Assembly (NCBI GenBank): GCA_002189035.1
Contig: NEEC01000017.1
Location: 1,860,001-1,924,000 of the forward strand
Direction of reading: 5' to 3'
Length of the DNA: 64,000 bases
From: Utricularia gibba
Taxonomy: Eukaryota; Plantae; Magnoliophyta
Shown here: one piece after another, positions 53,021 through 64,000 of the stretch
Layout of the letters: every line of letters starts with the position of its first letter
Position numbering within the stretch: the stretch's first letter is position 1
Notes under the pieces: generated by a model
Seen by the model: only the letters and a program-made list of their open reading frames with translations
Told to the model about the DNA's origin: nothing
The model's database searches: none
Position numbers and translations under genes: made by a program

Positions 53021-53425
53021 ACTGTGGGAGGGATAGGGCTATTGATTCCACATGTTGCTGTTGTGCACAAAATTATTTAATTATTGTTTATACTCTTAAT
53101 TATATCATAGAATAAAAGTGATATTATAATGTTTTATAGTGTACGGTCCCAAGAGAATATTCAAAAATTTGTATTCAATTCAATTAATTTTATATTAGAT
53201 TTTGTTTTTCAAAACTTCATATATGAATATTAAATATCTTATATGAATAATATGATATAAGATAAATTATAAATCATCATTATTTGTGGAAATTTTTACA
53301 CTGAAATTATAATTATTTTAAAAAAATTACAAAAATATGAATAATTATTTGTATTTTTATTAATATGTAATGGTTTAAGTCGGTTTAAATAGGGTAATAA
53401 ACACTGGTCCGCTTGGGGGACAGAC

Positions 53426-53551
53426 GCGCCAAAATGGATGTGATGGTTTCCCGCGTCCCGCCGTGTCCTGCGTGTCGTAGGCTTTTAATAGATCTTTTGG
53501 GCTTCACAGAAGGCTTAGGGTCGCCTCGGATGTTGGCGCATAATCGGCCCA
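53426..53551. promoter_or_regulatory. E2F-type sites plus site II elements upstream of APUM23
   Basis: GCGCCAAA 53426-53433 (reverse of TTTGGCGC), TTTCCCGC 53447-53454, TGGGCT 53498 and GGCCCA 53546. Confidence 0.55.
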
Positions 53552-54024
53552 ATTCAATGGGAAGTACCAGAGATTCGTTATTGGCGGCTTCCTGCGCCTT
53601 GATCGACATTAGAGGTGGCGGTTCTGTGGAAGTGTAAACCTAGAAGCGCGGTTCCTCGTTCGTCGGCGCTGGATTTGAGGTTTGTCGGAATCGAATTGCG
53701 TAGTAGAAACTTTCACTGGCCATGATAGTGTGGTTGTGTGAACCCTGAATTCTCTGTACTTCGGCAGGCAATTAGAGTTGGTTTTTAGGGTTGTAATGTA
53801 GTGAAAAAAGTTATCTAAATGCTGAGGAGTTTATATCACTTATGGTCCTGGCTTTTCTAGTTCGTGTATTTTTGGCTTTTCCGTTTTTGAGGATAACTGC
53901 TGCTGTATTTGTGCCCTGAAAGTTTGTGTGGTCCTTGTCTTATCAGCAAAAAAGTTTCTTGTTATTACTCCGGGGTTAATCTCGCGTTTTTGCCTCCCAG
54001 GGCATTGTTTTTCTGGGCTTTGAC

Positions 54025-57000
54025 ATGGTTTCTGTTGGTTCAAGAGCGTTGCCATGGGGGAGGCATAAACGTAATCTATCGGATAGCGTGATTGGTGATG
54101 AGAACATTTACTCATCTCAAGTCTTGTGCAGACGGAAAATGGGCAGGAAAGGAACTAAAAAGGGCTCAGTACAACGTGGAGGTGGTGTCAATGAAAATCA
54201 ATCCGGTGGCGTATCTGGCATCACGGGGAGGGGTGCGAAGGTTACAAAGGAAGATGGCCTACCTAGTCAGGAGCCATTTATCAGGTTTTTCATATTGGGC
54301 ATTCGCTTGTTCAATAGTCATGAGTATGTTGTGTGATGTATTGTTTTCTTTTCCTCTTTTTAGAAAGCAGGTTGATCCTGAAACTGCTAAATACTTTTCG
54401 GAAATTGCAAATGTAATTGAGGGAAATGAGGTTGACTTGGAAGAACGTACCTCTATATGTAGCACTGCATTAGAAGAAGCCCGAGGAAAGGAATTAGAAT
54501 TGGCAACTGATTATGTTATAAGCCATACTATGCAAACCCTCCTTGAAGGATGCTCTGTTGAGGCACTTTGTTCTTTCCTTCACGGTTGCTCGAAGAATTT
54601 TTCCTACATTTGTATGGATAGGTCCGGTTCTCATGTTGCTGAGTCAGCGATAAAATCATTGGCTCGTCATCTTGAAGATGAGGAAAAATACAGTGTTATT
54701 AAGAAAACATTATCTTCATTGTGCCAGGTGAATATCACTTGGTCCTCAGTGTGCCTCCTCTGAAATATCAAGCCGTGTTAGCAGCACAGTTGTGTTTTTC
54801 CTCTGAACATGCTGCTGCGAGCATGATTTTCAGTGCATATTACAATGAGAGTTTGCTACATTTATTTTAAACTCTTATATGCCCTTTTCTTTTCAGGCAG
54901 TTGTGGCTCATCCTACGGATATTATGTGCAGCTCTTATGGTTCTCATTTTATGCGGAGACTTCTTTGTCTTTGTAAGGGTGTTTCTGTTGACTCTACAGA
55001 GTTACATGGCATAAATCCAGGAAGTGTGCTATCAGAGCGTTTGAATTTAAAATTATCCAAGGGTAAATCTCATATACAGCCACAGAATCCGGCATTCCCA
55101 GAACAACTCGAACTTCTCATGGTCGAATTGCTAAATCCTGTCAAGACGGATATCGAAGCCATTTTGGTCAATCAGTACAGCAGTTTGGTCCTTCAGGCAA
55201 GTTTTATATCTGTAAATTTCTTACACTGTTGTTTTTGTAAAGAAAAGTAGTGTTGTGCCTATCGTCTATTTTGTTATTGATCCTTTGCAAGTGTTGTGTC
55301 TTTGCACATGCTCTGCATGCACCCAATGGTGACGTTTTATTTTTCTTTTTATTTTTTCTCTTTTTAAGGTGCACTTTAGTGTTTAATGATGCAAGGGGCC
55401 TTGTATTGTTTCAAGATATTGCTTGCATCTTTGTTGATATCGTATGAGTTTATTGACAGACCATCCTGAGGTTGTTACATGGACAAGAGGAAGATTTGCT
55501 TCGCATCATTCCTGTTCTACTTGGCTATCCTGGAGCCAAATATGTAAAAGGGACGCCTATAGAAGCTGGGTTAAGGAAAAAAATCTTGAGTTTGGTTGGG
55601 GAAAGTGCATACAGTCACCTATTGGAGGTGGTAAACTTGTTTTAAACTATGCAACATCGAATGTTCGATATCTGTGTTTTTGACATCCATGGTTAAAAGA
55701 CTCGGTTTTTCAGGTAATTTTGGCAGTGGCGCCTAATGACTTGTATGGGCAGATGTTGACAGAAGTTTTTAAGGGCTCTCTGTTTACAATGTCATCAAAT
55801 CTGTCTGCAAACTACGTTGTGCAGTCACTTGTATCTCATGCTAGAAATCAAAAACATGTATGTTCGATGATCCTTTAACCTTTTCATTTTTCCGCTTGTA
55901 TAGCAGGCATGGTTATCATAGCTGCTAAGCACGATGACTTCTTTTTGCATCGTTCATCCAGATAAAGTTGATTTTTGAGGAAATGGGTTCTAAATTCTAT
56001 GATCTCCTTGAAATGGGAAGAGCTGGGGTTGTTGCCGCGGTGGTTTCTGTCTGCCAAAAGATCAAGTTCCTGGAGCAAACGGTATATCCTTATTCTCAAC
56101 ATGCAGCATTTGGAAAGTCCTGCAGTGTGAACCAAAGGACTTGGCTTTCATGTTTCGTTCTTTTCTGAAGTTTTTACCCTTGTTGTTCTGCAGTGCTGCC
56201 AATGTCTTGCTGATTCGGTTTCATTGAAGGATGAATCTTCTCCATTGATTGTTCCTCGTATATTGTTTCTCGACAGTTACTTTGCAACAAATAATAAAGA
56301 CAATTGGGGTTGGCCTACTGGCAAAAAAATGCATATTCTCGGCTCTCTGATTCTGCAGTCAGTTTTCAAATTTCCAACTGTACGTGGTTTCCTTCCAATG
56401 ATTGTTTTATGAGCATCAACACACTTGCACACACTTGAGATTTGAATCCTTGACTTTTCGTTTACGATTGCAATGTCCGTTGATATGCAGTTACAGGCGA
56501 GCTGATATTTTTCTTCATGCAGGAATTCATTGAACCTTATATCACTAGTATGACCGCGTTGGAAGATTACCATGTTCTCGAAGCTTGTAAAGATCCTGCT
56601 GGTGCCCGTGTTATTGAGGCTTTCCTTGTCTCAAATGCTTCAGATAAGCAAAAAAGGAAGTTAATCACCAAGTATGGTTCCATTATTCTTTACCTCAAGC
56701 GTTGTTTTCATGTTACCCGCCATGTTGAGAACCTTATGCTGGTTTTGTTGACAACTGCATGAATAAAATGCAGACTCCAAGGCCATTTCGGAGAACTCTC
56801 TCTGCATCCCGCTGGCTCGTTTACAGTTGAGAAATGCTTCAACGCCAGCAACTCGTCGCTTAAAGAGACAATTGTTTCTGAATTGTCATCCCTACGAGCC
56901 GAGCTATCCAAGACCAAGCAGGGCCCTTATCTCCTGAAAAAACTTGACGTTGAATGGTAGGCAGGCGTTTTGTTTCCTTTCCAATCTTCAGTTTCCGAGT

Positions 57001-57404
57001 TCCCTATGAATGCTGATTGCTATGGACTCCATTGTATTAACAGGTACGCTAAAAGACCAGAGCAATGGAGATCAAAGCAGACGTCGAAGCAGTCCACGTA
57101 CAAAGACTTCTACCAAACCTTCGGATCGAAGAAGAGCGGCAGTTCATCTCAAAATCAGAACTTTTTGGCAGATGCTCCTCCCAAACTCCGAGGCGGAGGC
57201 TTAAAGGGCATGAGGAAAGAGATCCAGACACGGGTTTCTTCTGATATGCATAAGAAGCCTGAAGCAACAACTCCGTTTCTAGCTCGCGAGGCTGGCTCGA
57301 AGCCGAATAACCCGAAACGTAAACGAGGAGAGTTTCACAAAGATCTTGGTCATGATAACAGGAAGAGCAAGAAGATGAAGATGGATAAAAAGCAAAGAAC
57401 GTAG
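54025..57404 (+). CDS. APUM23: Pumilio homolog 23 (Nop9-like nucleolar PUF protein), multi-exon, one GC-AG intron
   Basis: MVSVGSRAL, VDPETAKYFSEIAN, MDRSGSHVAESA, YGSHFMRRLLCLCKG, KDPAGARVIEAFL, GSFTVEKCF, KTKQGPYLLKKLD, RPEQWRSKQ. Confidence 0.95.
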
Positions 57405-57706
57405 TGGAGATTTTGATTTTAGAAATTGTTTTGGGAACTAATTATTGTAGATGAAGATCATGGAACAAGGCGAATACGGAGCATCTTGGGTCTGCTCCTG
57501 GGCTTTGAATATTTTGAAAGAAATTGCTTGCAGGAATGAATGCATCTGAAAGATTTGAATTTTTGTCATTACCAGGAACAGAGAGAATCCAACTGGTTAC
57601 AAGCAATGCCGTTGCCGGCAGAAAAGGGGAGACGAAGTGCCGGTGAAGCTCTTGGAAGCGAAGAAGAGACGGCTGTACAGGAAACGTGGCGCCACGTTTG
57701 TTGGAT

Positions 57707-58366
57707 TCAAGCTCCGGCGAGCTCCGAGATGCTTTGTAAAGCTGGGCGCCATGATCTGCACCCCTGTGAGTCAAGCAGTCAAGGTTTTAGATTCAGGCGT
57801 AGTTAATTGCATGGATGACTTGTTGATTGCTCTGTTTTTTTTTTTTTTTTCATTCTAAGGACCTGATGATTTTGGGCATTCTTCTTCTGCTGCTGATGAT
57901 CTTCACCTGACGTCTCTCCCTTGTTCTTCTTCTTCTTCCGCGACAACTTTTCACATTTCTTGGCTCTGATGACTCTCACCACCTCTGCAACAAAAACCCA
58001 TAACTGAAAATCGGTAAAAAAAAAAAAGATGTTCTCTTGTGGTAAATTTTCTCAGCGGATCAGTGAGAAGCAGGCCTCCTATCTTTGGGTACCTTCTGTG
58101 GTGAGGAGGCGGTAGGCGTGGCCGAGGAGGAGGGTGTCGGTGGGCCGGAGGAGCTGGACGCGCGTGTACCTCACCCGCCGCTTGTCATCGTTGTCGTCGT
58201 TCTCTTCGCTCCCGGCGAGGTGCAAAGGAATGATCAGTGAGACGTGGTGGCCAGGGTTCATCTTCATCACGTGGGCAGCGGTGACGGGGTAGTACATCAG
58301 TTCACTTTTCCCGGTGGGGTGCTGGATAACGAGCGCGGCGGCGTCTACCGCCTGACAGTTGCCCAT
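57707..58366 (-). CDS. DUF4228 / PADRE-domain protein, 3 exons
   Basis: MGNCQAVDAAALVIQHP, VMKMNPGHHV, LLRPTDTLLLGHAYRLLTT|E.VVRVIRAKK and terminal WRPALQSISE. Confidence 0.92.
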
Positions 58367-59126
58367 TGGCCGGGTGGCTGCAGGAGGGAGGGAGGGAGGG
58401 AGGAGGACGGGAGACAATGGGGATGGATGCTCTTCAGCAGCGTAGAAAAAAATGGAGGAAGCTGAGCACGCAGTTGGTGAGTAGGCGTCTGTGGAGCTGC
58501 CTGCAGTGACAGTGGTTGCTTCGGGGTCTGGATTTACATTTACGGTGCTGACAAATCAGGTGTCGCTTTTGCAGCCCCCGTGTCTGAAAAAGCCTGTTTT
58601 CTTACATCATCCGTCTCTGACGGAATGGGATGGGATACGATACGATACGTCCCTCCCTCTCTCCGCCTCCCTCCTAATAGCTATTCCCATTTTTACCCCC
58701 GTCCGTACACCATGCCCCATCCACAACTTGTGTAGACACTATCTGTTTTTAGGTGTGTATTTTAATTATAAATAATCTGAAAATTGACCAAGTAATGATT
58801 CTGATACTGTTCATGAAAAAAACCCTTTCCATAAGCTTGTTGTTAGGTTAGATAGCCAACCAAAACATTCTGAAGACCAATCGGTAATACAATGTTCAGG
58901 TACAGAGCGGTTTACCAATCAACAGCAAGACCAAAACAAGCAACAGCACTCTGTAAAATACAGATTCAGAAAAGGAAGTAGCAACAGCAGCAGATTCGCA
59001 TCAGAAAATCAGGGAATGCTTTACACCAAATACTTTGAAGAAGGCTTCTGCATGGAGGATATACGAAAACATGGTTCAATGAGAGAAAGCGGATTACTTG
59101 AATGGAGGAGGTTCCTGCGGTGTCTC

Positions 59127-62100
59127 TCATGAGGTGAAGATGCTCCGGTGATGATCAGAAGACGAAGTTTCCTTGATTTTCTCTAGTCTCTTTAGGATAT
59201 CCAGGAAAGTAGGTCTCAGGTTCATGTCTGCTGACCAGCACTGCTCTACTAACCTGAGTTGTTTCCGGTTGCAGTAAATGTCAGACATATGAAAGCATCA
59301 AGACTTCCGAGGAATGGAGATGGTGGCTTACTCTTTCAGTTCAGGAGGGCAACCTCTAGTCCTGAAGACCGGGCGGTGTCCTTCAGAAACATAGCGAGCT
59401 GCTTCGTATGGTTCATGATGAGACATTGGAGGGTCTCCCTCAAGCATCTGTAGGATCAGAATTTTATTCCTGTGGCACCGGTTTGGTAAAATTCAGAGAG
59501 AATATGGGATTAGAGTTACCTCGTACAGTATCATGGCGAATGAGAAAACATCAACCTTCTTATCATACTTACGGTGCTTGAAGACTTCAGGCGCCATATA
59601 TCGATCTGGCCGGTCCAAAAAAGAGAGTCAAAGGACTAGAACTAAGAGCCTTATCAGCATAGAAGCTGGGAAAGCGTAGAAGCTACTTACAGCTTCCAGT
59701 TTCACCGGTCATTTTGTACACGTCATGAGCCCGTTGTACCCTGATGAGCTTGCTTAACCCGAAATCTCCAACTTTTAAATGGTCCGCGGATGAGTTAACT
59801 AGTAGAACATTCCTGCACAAATAACAGAGATGTAGTGTATATCATGAAAAATTTGGGGGGTCAGGTCTCAGCTGAGTCGCATGGATACACAACAAGCACA
59901 TACGTGTCTTTCGGTAAAAGTAGAAGCTGGACAAGAATGTACCAACCGTGGTTTAAGATCTCTATGAATGATAACATTCGGCTCATTGTGGAGATATGCC
60001 ATGCCTCTGCACAATCAACATCAGAAATGCAATATTGGCCACCCGGTATTCTGAGAATACATGTGTTGGCTTTACAAAGTAACATTACAGAAGAAATCAT
60101 GAGTCAAACCTACCTGGCAATATCCAATGCAAAGTTGACAGCAGTTGAAGGACTCAGAGCCCCTTTTTCTTTTAGATGTTGATGTAAATCTCCCTGCGAT
60201 TAATTTGAAATTCAGACCAATGCAAAGGTTCCCCTAAGGCATAGAGTATAACATGAAGATGTACACATAAAGCATGTGTAGAATATATAAAAAGAGAACC
60301 TTACCCCTCTCAAGTATTCCGTAATTAGCATCAATGGCTTTCTGTCTGTAACAGCTCCTAGGAACTGGACAATGTTTGGATGCCGAAGCCTGACTAGCAA
60401 ATCAACCTCATGCCGGAAATCCTGACTGAAATCAAAGAGAAAACAGGTCAACTCACCACAAGCCGGCATAAAGAGGATCAAGGGGAAAATAAGATTAAAA
60501 CATATGGAAAGGAATCGAAATCTTTCGGTAATGGCAACGATTTACTGGAATTTCGTAACTGTTGTGCGTTTACAAAAGCCATACATCACAAATTCATCAA
60601 ATAACTGTGAGATGATTGTCATGCTTAGAAATGAATTAATGGAATTCTATTAACTGTTACAACACAGGCAAGGGCATACATGACAAATTTGTCATCTGAA
60701 AGGCTTGGAAGAATGCGTTTCACAGCTACTGGTGTTCCCCTCCAAGATGCCTTTATAATTTCACCAAAGGACCCCTACCAAAAACTAGGACTCATCAGGA
60801 TGACAGGTTGTAATACATTAATAAAGCATGACTTCACTGAATGAAGAAAACATGGAAAAAGTGGATGCGACTACTGTGAAAGACATGAAAGGATGAATAT
60901 TGATGAATTATACACAATGTCAGTCCTAAAACACATAAATGTAGAAAGACTGCTTATAAAATATAGAGTCACAGGATCACATCAAAATTATAGCATATGA
61001 ATTTCACGAGCTTAGAATAATATTATTCCACACCTTTCCAACAAGAACTGAATTGGCAAAGTCGAGCTCAAAAGGATCTATCTCCCAGTCGCACTTATTG
61101 GGTAGAGGGGGTGGCACAGGTTTTGGTTCAAAATGGCTTCCATTCTGCCCCTGTAGTTTTAACTGGAAGTTGTATGAATGAAAAACTTACTGAAAATTGG
61201 AGACAACTTCACCTAGTTCAAGACGATTAAAAAATTAAAATACATTAAACATCCAAGCCGACGCATTGGATGACCTCACTAGGATAATTAGGCAAGTCAA
61301 AATCTACTCAGACACGAATTGCGTGATGTTTATACAAGATAAAAGAAAGGAAATGTGAATGGAGCATAAGTGGAAGAAACCGTAATTCACATAAACAGTT
61401 TATACAAGGAATAAGACAACAGTATGTCAGTAGTACTCGCACCTAAGCATCTCCGGTAAACTCAAGGAAGATATGGATTTGAAGGAACAACACTTACAAA
61501 GGATTGACCGCCATAGGACTTCAACAACTCAATCATGTTTTTTGACTTTGCTCCTTCTGCATCGGCTAGAGGCTGTTAAAAATGTTAATGTTGACACCAT
61601 AAGTAAAAGCTTCAAGAAATGACTTGGATTTGGCAGTCCTAAAGTATTCCAACTTTTATGGACATACCCATGGAACAAGAGGTGAGCATTACATAATGCA
61701 CAAACAGAAGATGGATGAGACATGCCACTTATCATCCGGATTTCACCGACTTTTTTCTCTAAATAATTCTACTATTCAGAAGCAATATGGCTTCCAGTAC
61801 TCCAAGTACCCAAGAAACAAACTCAGAACACCATAATCGCTTCTTTTTTCCGCTAATGTTTCCACGTATAAATAGTTTTCCCCAAACAAGCAGAAGAAAG
61901 ATTATCCCACCCAGAGAATCCCGTCGAATTGTTGAATTAGTAGTCCAGTAAAGAATTCACTGGAATGCGCTATTACCGTGTTTTTCCAACGATCTTGAGC
62001 GTTGACATCCGCTCGGTACTCCAAAAGACACTTGGCGACGTCGACCAAGCCGTGAATAGCCGCCACGTGAAGTGGAGTCCGCTGATCATAATCTCTGGCG

Positions 62101-62285
62101 TGAACAAGCGACGAATCCTCCTCGAGTAGCTTCCTCACCGCCGCGATATTGTTCTGGTGAGCGTACCATAGAATCTGCGACGTCCGGCTCACGCGCGCCT
62201 TCTCCTTCTTCTTATCCGTCGGCGAAGTCGTAGACGCTGCCTCTCCGCCAAACGAGCTCCCGGAGCCGCCCTCACTTCCGCTCAT
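59127..62285 (-). CDS. VIK: Ankyrin-repeat Raf-like kinase VIK (VH1-interacting kinase), 11 exons; apparent 1-bp deletion at 61538-61542
   Basis: KEKARVSRTSQILWYAHQN, DYDQRTPLHVAA, DRWKNT|PLADAEG, GSFGEI...VAVKRIL, HRDLKPRNVLLV, KVGDFGLSK, YRYMAPEVF. Confidence 0.94.
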
Positions 62286-62531
62286 TGCAAATCGGAATTG
62301 GAATTAGAATCAGAATCGGTATCTTAGCTTCTACCCTTTGTGCGCTCCCCCCTTACAGAAACTTCTCATTTCTCGGCAGTTGAAACTTCAAGGAAAATGC
62401 TGAGTCACATCTCCGCGCGTGGACCCACACTCGAAATAAAAACAAAAGGCAAAATTGGCCGATTTGAGTACCAAAATAATTTTTCCAAAAATCCACAATT
62501 TTAAATTGTTATATATTTTTTGGTCAATTAA

Positions 62532-62620
62532 TGGGCTTGTTACGGGTTCATATTCGAGGCCCAATTATTGGACCTGGCCCGTTATTCGTGGTTGAATATC
62601 GGCCCACTAACTAAAGCCCT
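62532..62620. promoter_or_regulatory. Site II cluster in the 490-bp divergent VIK/PRIN2 promoter
   Basis: TGGGCT, GGCCCA, GGCCC, GGCCCAC and AGCCC within about 90 bp; GTGGACCC (TCP-type) near 62419. Confidence 0.55.
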
Positions 62621-62776
62621 TCCCGTTTCAGCGCTTTCGTGTATCGTTCATAGCTCGCTCCTTCCAGTTCCACTGGAAAGACCATTTTTTGTTCAGTGGG
62701 TGTTTTGAAAATCTTTCTGGAGATTGAATTTTGGGTATTAGGTTATTGGTGTAGTGTAGATTGGTTGATTTTGAGT

Positions 62777-63565
62777 ATGGCTTCAGTGTGGGCTTTCTCT
62801 TCTGCGCCCTGTTTCTTCTCTTCTTGCTGTTCTACAAAGCCCTCGTCGCGGATTATCACCTCCGCTCTTGATATCCGCATCAAAAATGGCGTATACCGTA
62901 GCTGCTCTTCCTGGGTGTTCAAGAAAAGTCGATGGGACCTGAGATGTCGAGCTGAAAAGGAGTACAAGTTCCCTGACCCAATCCCTGAGTTCGCCGAAGC
63001 CGTAAGTAGCATAGTTTTAACCATTTGTTTCGTTATATGAGTTGGCGAAATGCTGTCTTTGATTTTGGATTCACTTCACAGGAGACTAAGAAGTTCAGAA
63101 CACATTTAACAGAGAAGCTTCTGAAGAAAGAGGACATATTTGGTGACTCGGTGGATGAAGTGGTGGAGATTTGTACCAAGGTTGGTTCTTTCTTCATTAT
63201 TTCAGCTGGGTTCTTTTTCTTTTTCTTCGTTCAGGGATGAAAATACACCACAGTATCGACATTATTGGAGGATTAGTAGTATTGATTGGTGCAGCAGACA
63301 CCACTAGAAGGTCTTTTTTAATTCTGGTGTTGAAGAAGATTGAGGGTGTTCGTCTTCTAAGGTATTGTGGGTTGTGCAGATTCTGAATGAGTTTCTGCAT
63401 TCGGAGTACGGAGGCCCGGGGACGTTGCTGGTGATGCCGTTCATAGACATGGCTGATGCATTGAACGAGAAAGGTTTGCCTGGAGGGCCACAGGCGGCTC
63501 GGGCTGCTGTCAAATGGGCTCAAAAGCATGTTGATAATGATTGGAAACGATGGACTGCTACTTAA
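62777..63565 (+). CDS. PRIN2: PLASTID REDOX INSENSITIVE 2, 3 exons (62777-63001, 63082-63180, 63380-63565)
   Basis: Transit peptide, EYKFPDPIPEFAEA|ETKKFRTHL...DSVDEVVEICTK|...SEYGGPGTLLVMPFIDMAD...GGPQAARAAVKWAQKHVDNDWK. Confidence 0.93.
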
Positions 63566-64000
63566 ACCTTAAAAAGAGGGATGTAATTCTTTCTTACAAG
63601 AACTCAAATTCCAGAGAAACATGGCGCCAGATATTCCCTTGAAGGGAGAATATCTTCACACTTGATCACGCCTCATTCTCCATTCTTGAGCAGTAACCCT
63701 CAAGCGATCATCTTCAGGGACTGAAGGGAGAATGGCAGATCTCCAAAGCAATTTGGGGTCTCAAATCGTTTATCCACGCAGCTGAGCTTCCACTCTCGAT
63801 CTTTTCGTCTGCATCATGCACTCTGAAGTGCAGGAAGAAGGGATTTCATAAGGGTAGTCCAAAAGCATCTTGCTTGCAAATTGGAGCCCTCTATAGAACA
63901 TGTTTTCCGTGCGAGAGTGCCATAAGGGGCATTGCTTTTCTTCAGTCTAATGCTGATCCTTCTCTATTAGGTTGCCAGAGGGGATAAAGAGGCTATCCTC

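Noticed and set aside
56081-56193. ATATCCTT as a U12 AT-AC donor in APUM23
   Set aside because: A GT donor two bases earlier gives the correct phase with a normal AG acceptor, and there is no U12 branch point or AC end.

Overview
This is a very gene-dense eudicot nuclear window. It holds about 24 intron-containing or intronless protein genes, one tRNA-Ser(UGA) and one probable gene remnant in 64 kb. Most introns are about 80-300 bp, and the genes are separated by short, extremely AT-rich spacers. The compaction suggests a miniature genome such as Lentibulariaceae, but that is inference only. Gene order: CAMTA (5'-truncated), tRNA-Ser, complex I P1-like, exostosin/GT47, RPL17, proteasome beta5, LRR-RLK, PP2A B', type-B ARR, PsbY, DCAF8-like WD40, PAGR, GT17 remnant, PB1 protein, SMR, CAF2, RBM48, coiled-coil protein, cyclin T1, PUB18/19, XTH33, APUM23, DUF4228, VIK, PRIN2. 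Family calls rest on recalled motifs and homolog sequences; no database search was run. No CRISPR array, intact transposon or rRNA was seen. Main observations: (1) PAGR has ACG exactly where homologs have the initiator ATG, and no in-frame ATG lies before its membrane anchor. (2) Six genes carry single-base frameshifts, all in homopolymer runs, most simply explained as consensus errors. (3) Only the first 15 codons of a GT17-like gene appear to remain. (4) Two GC-AG introns. (5) A probable pseudokinase RLK preceded by back-to-back uORFs. I found no convincing wholly new system.
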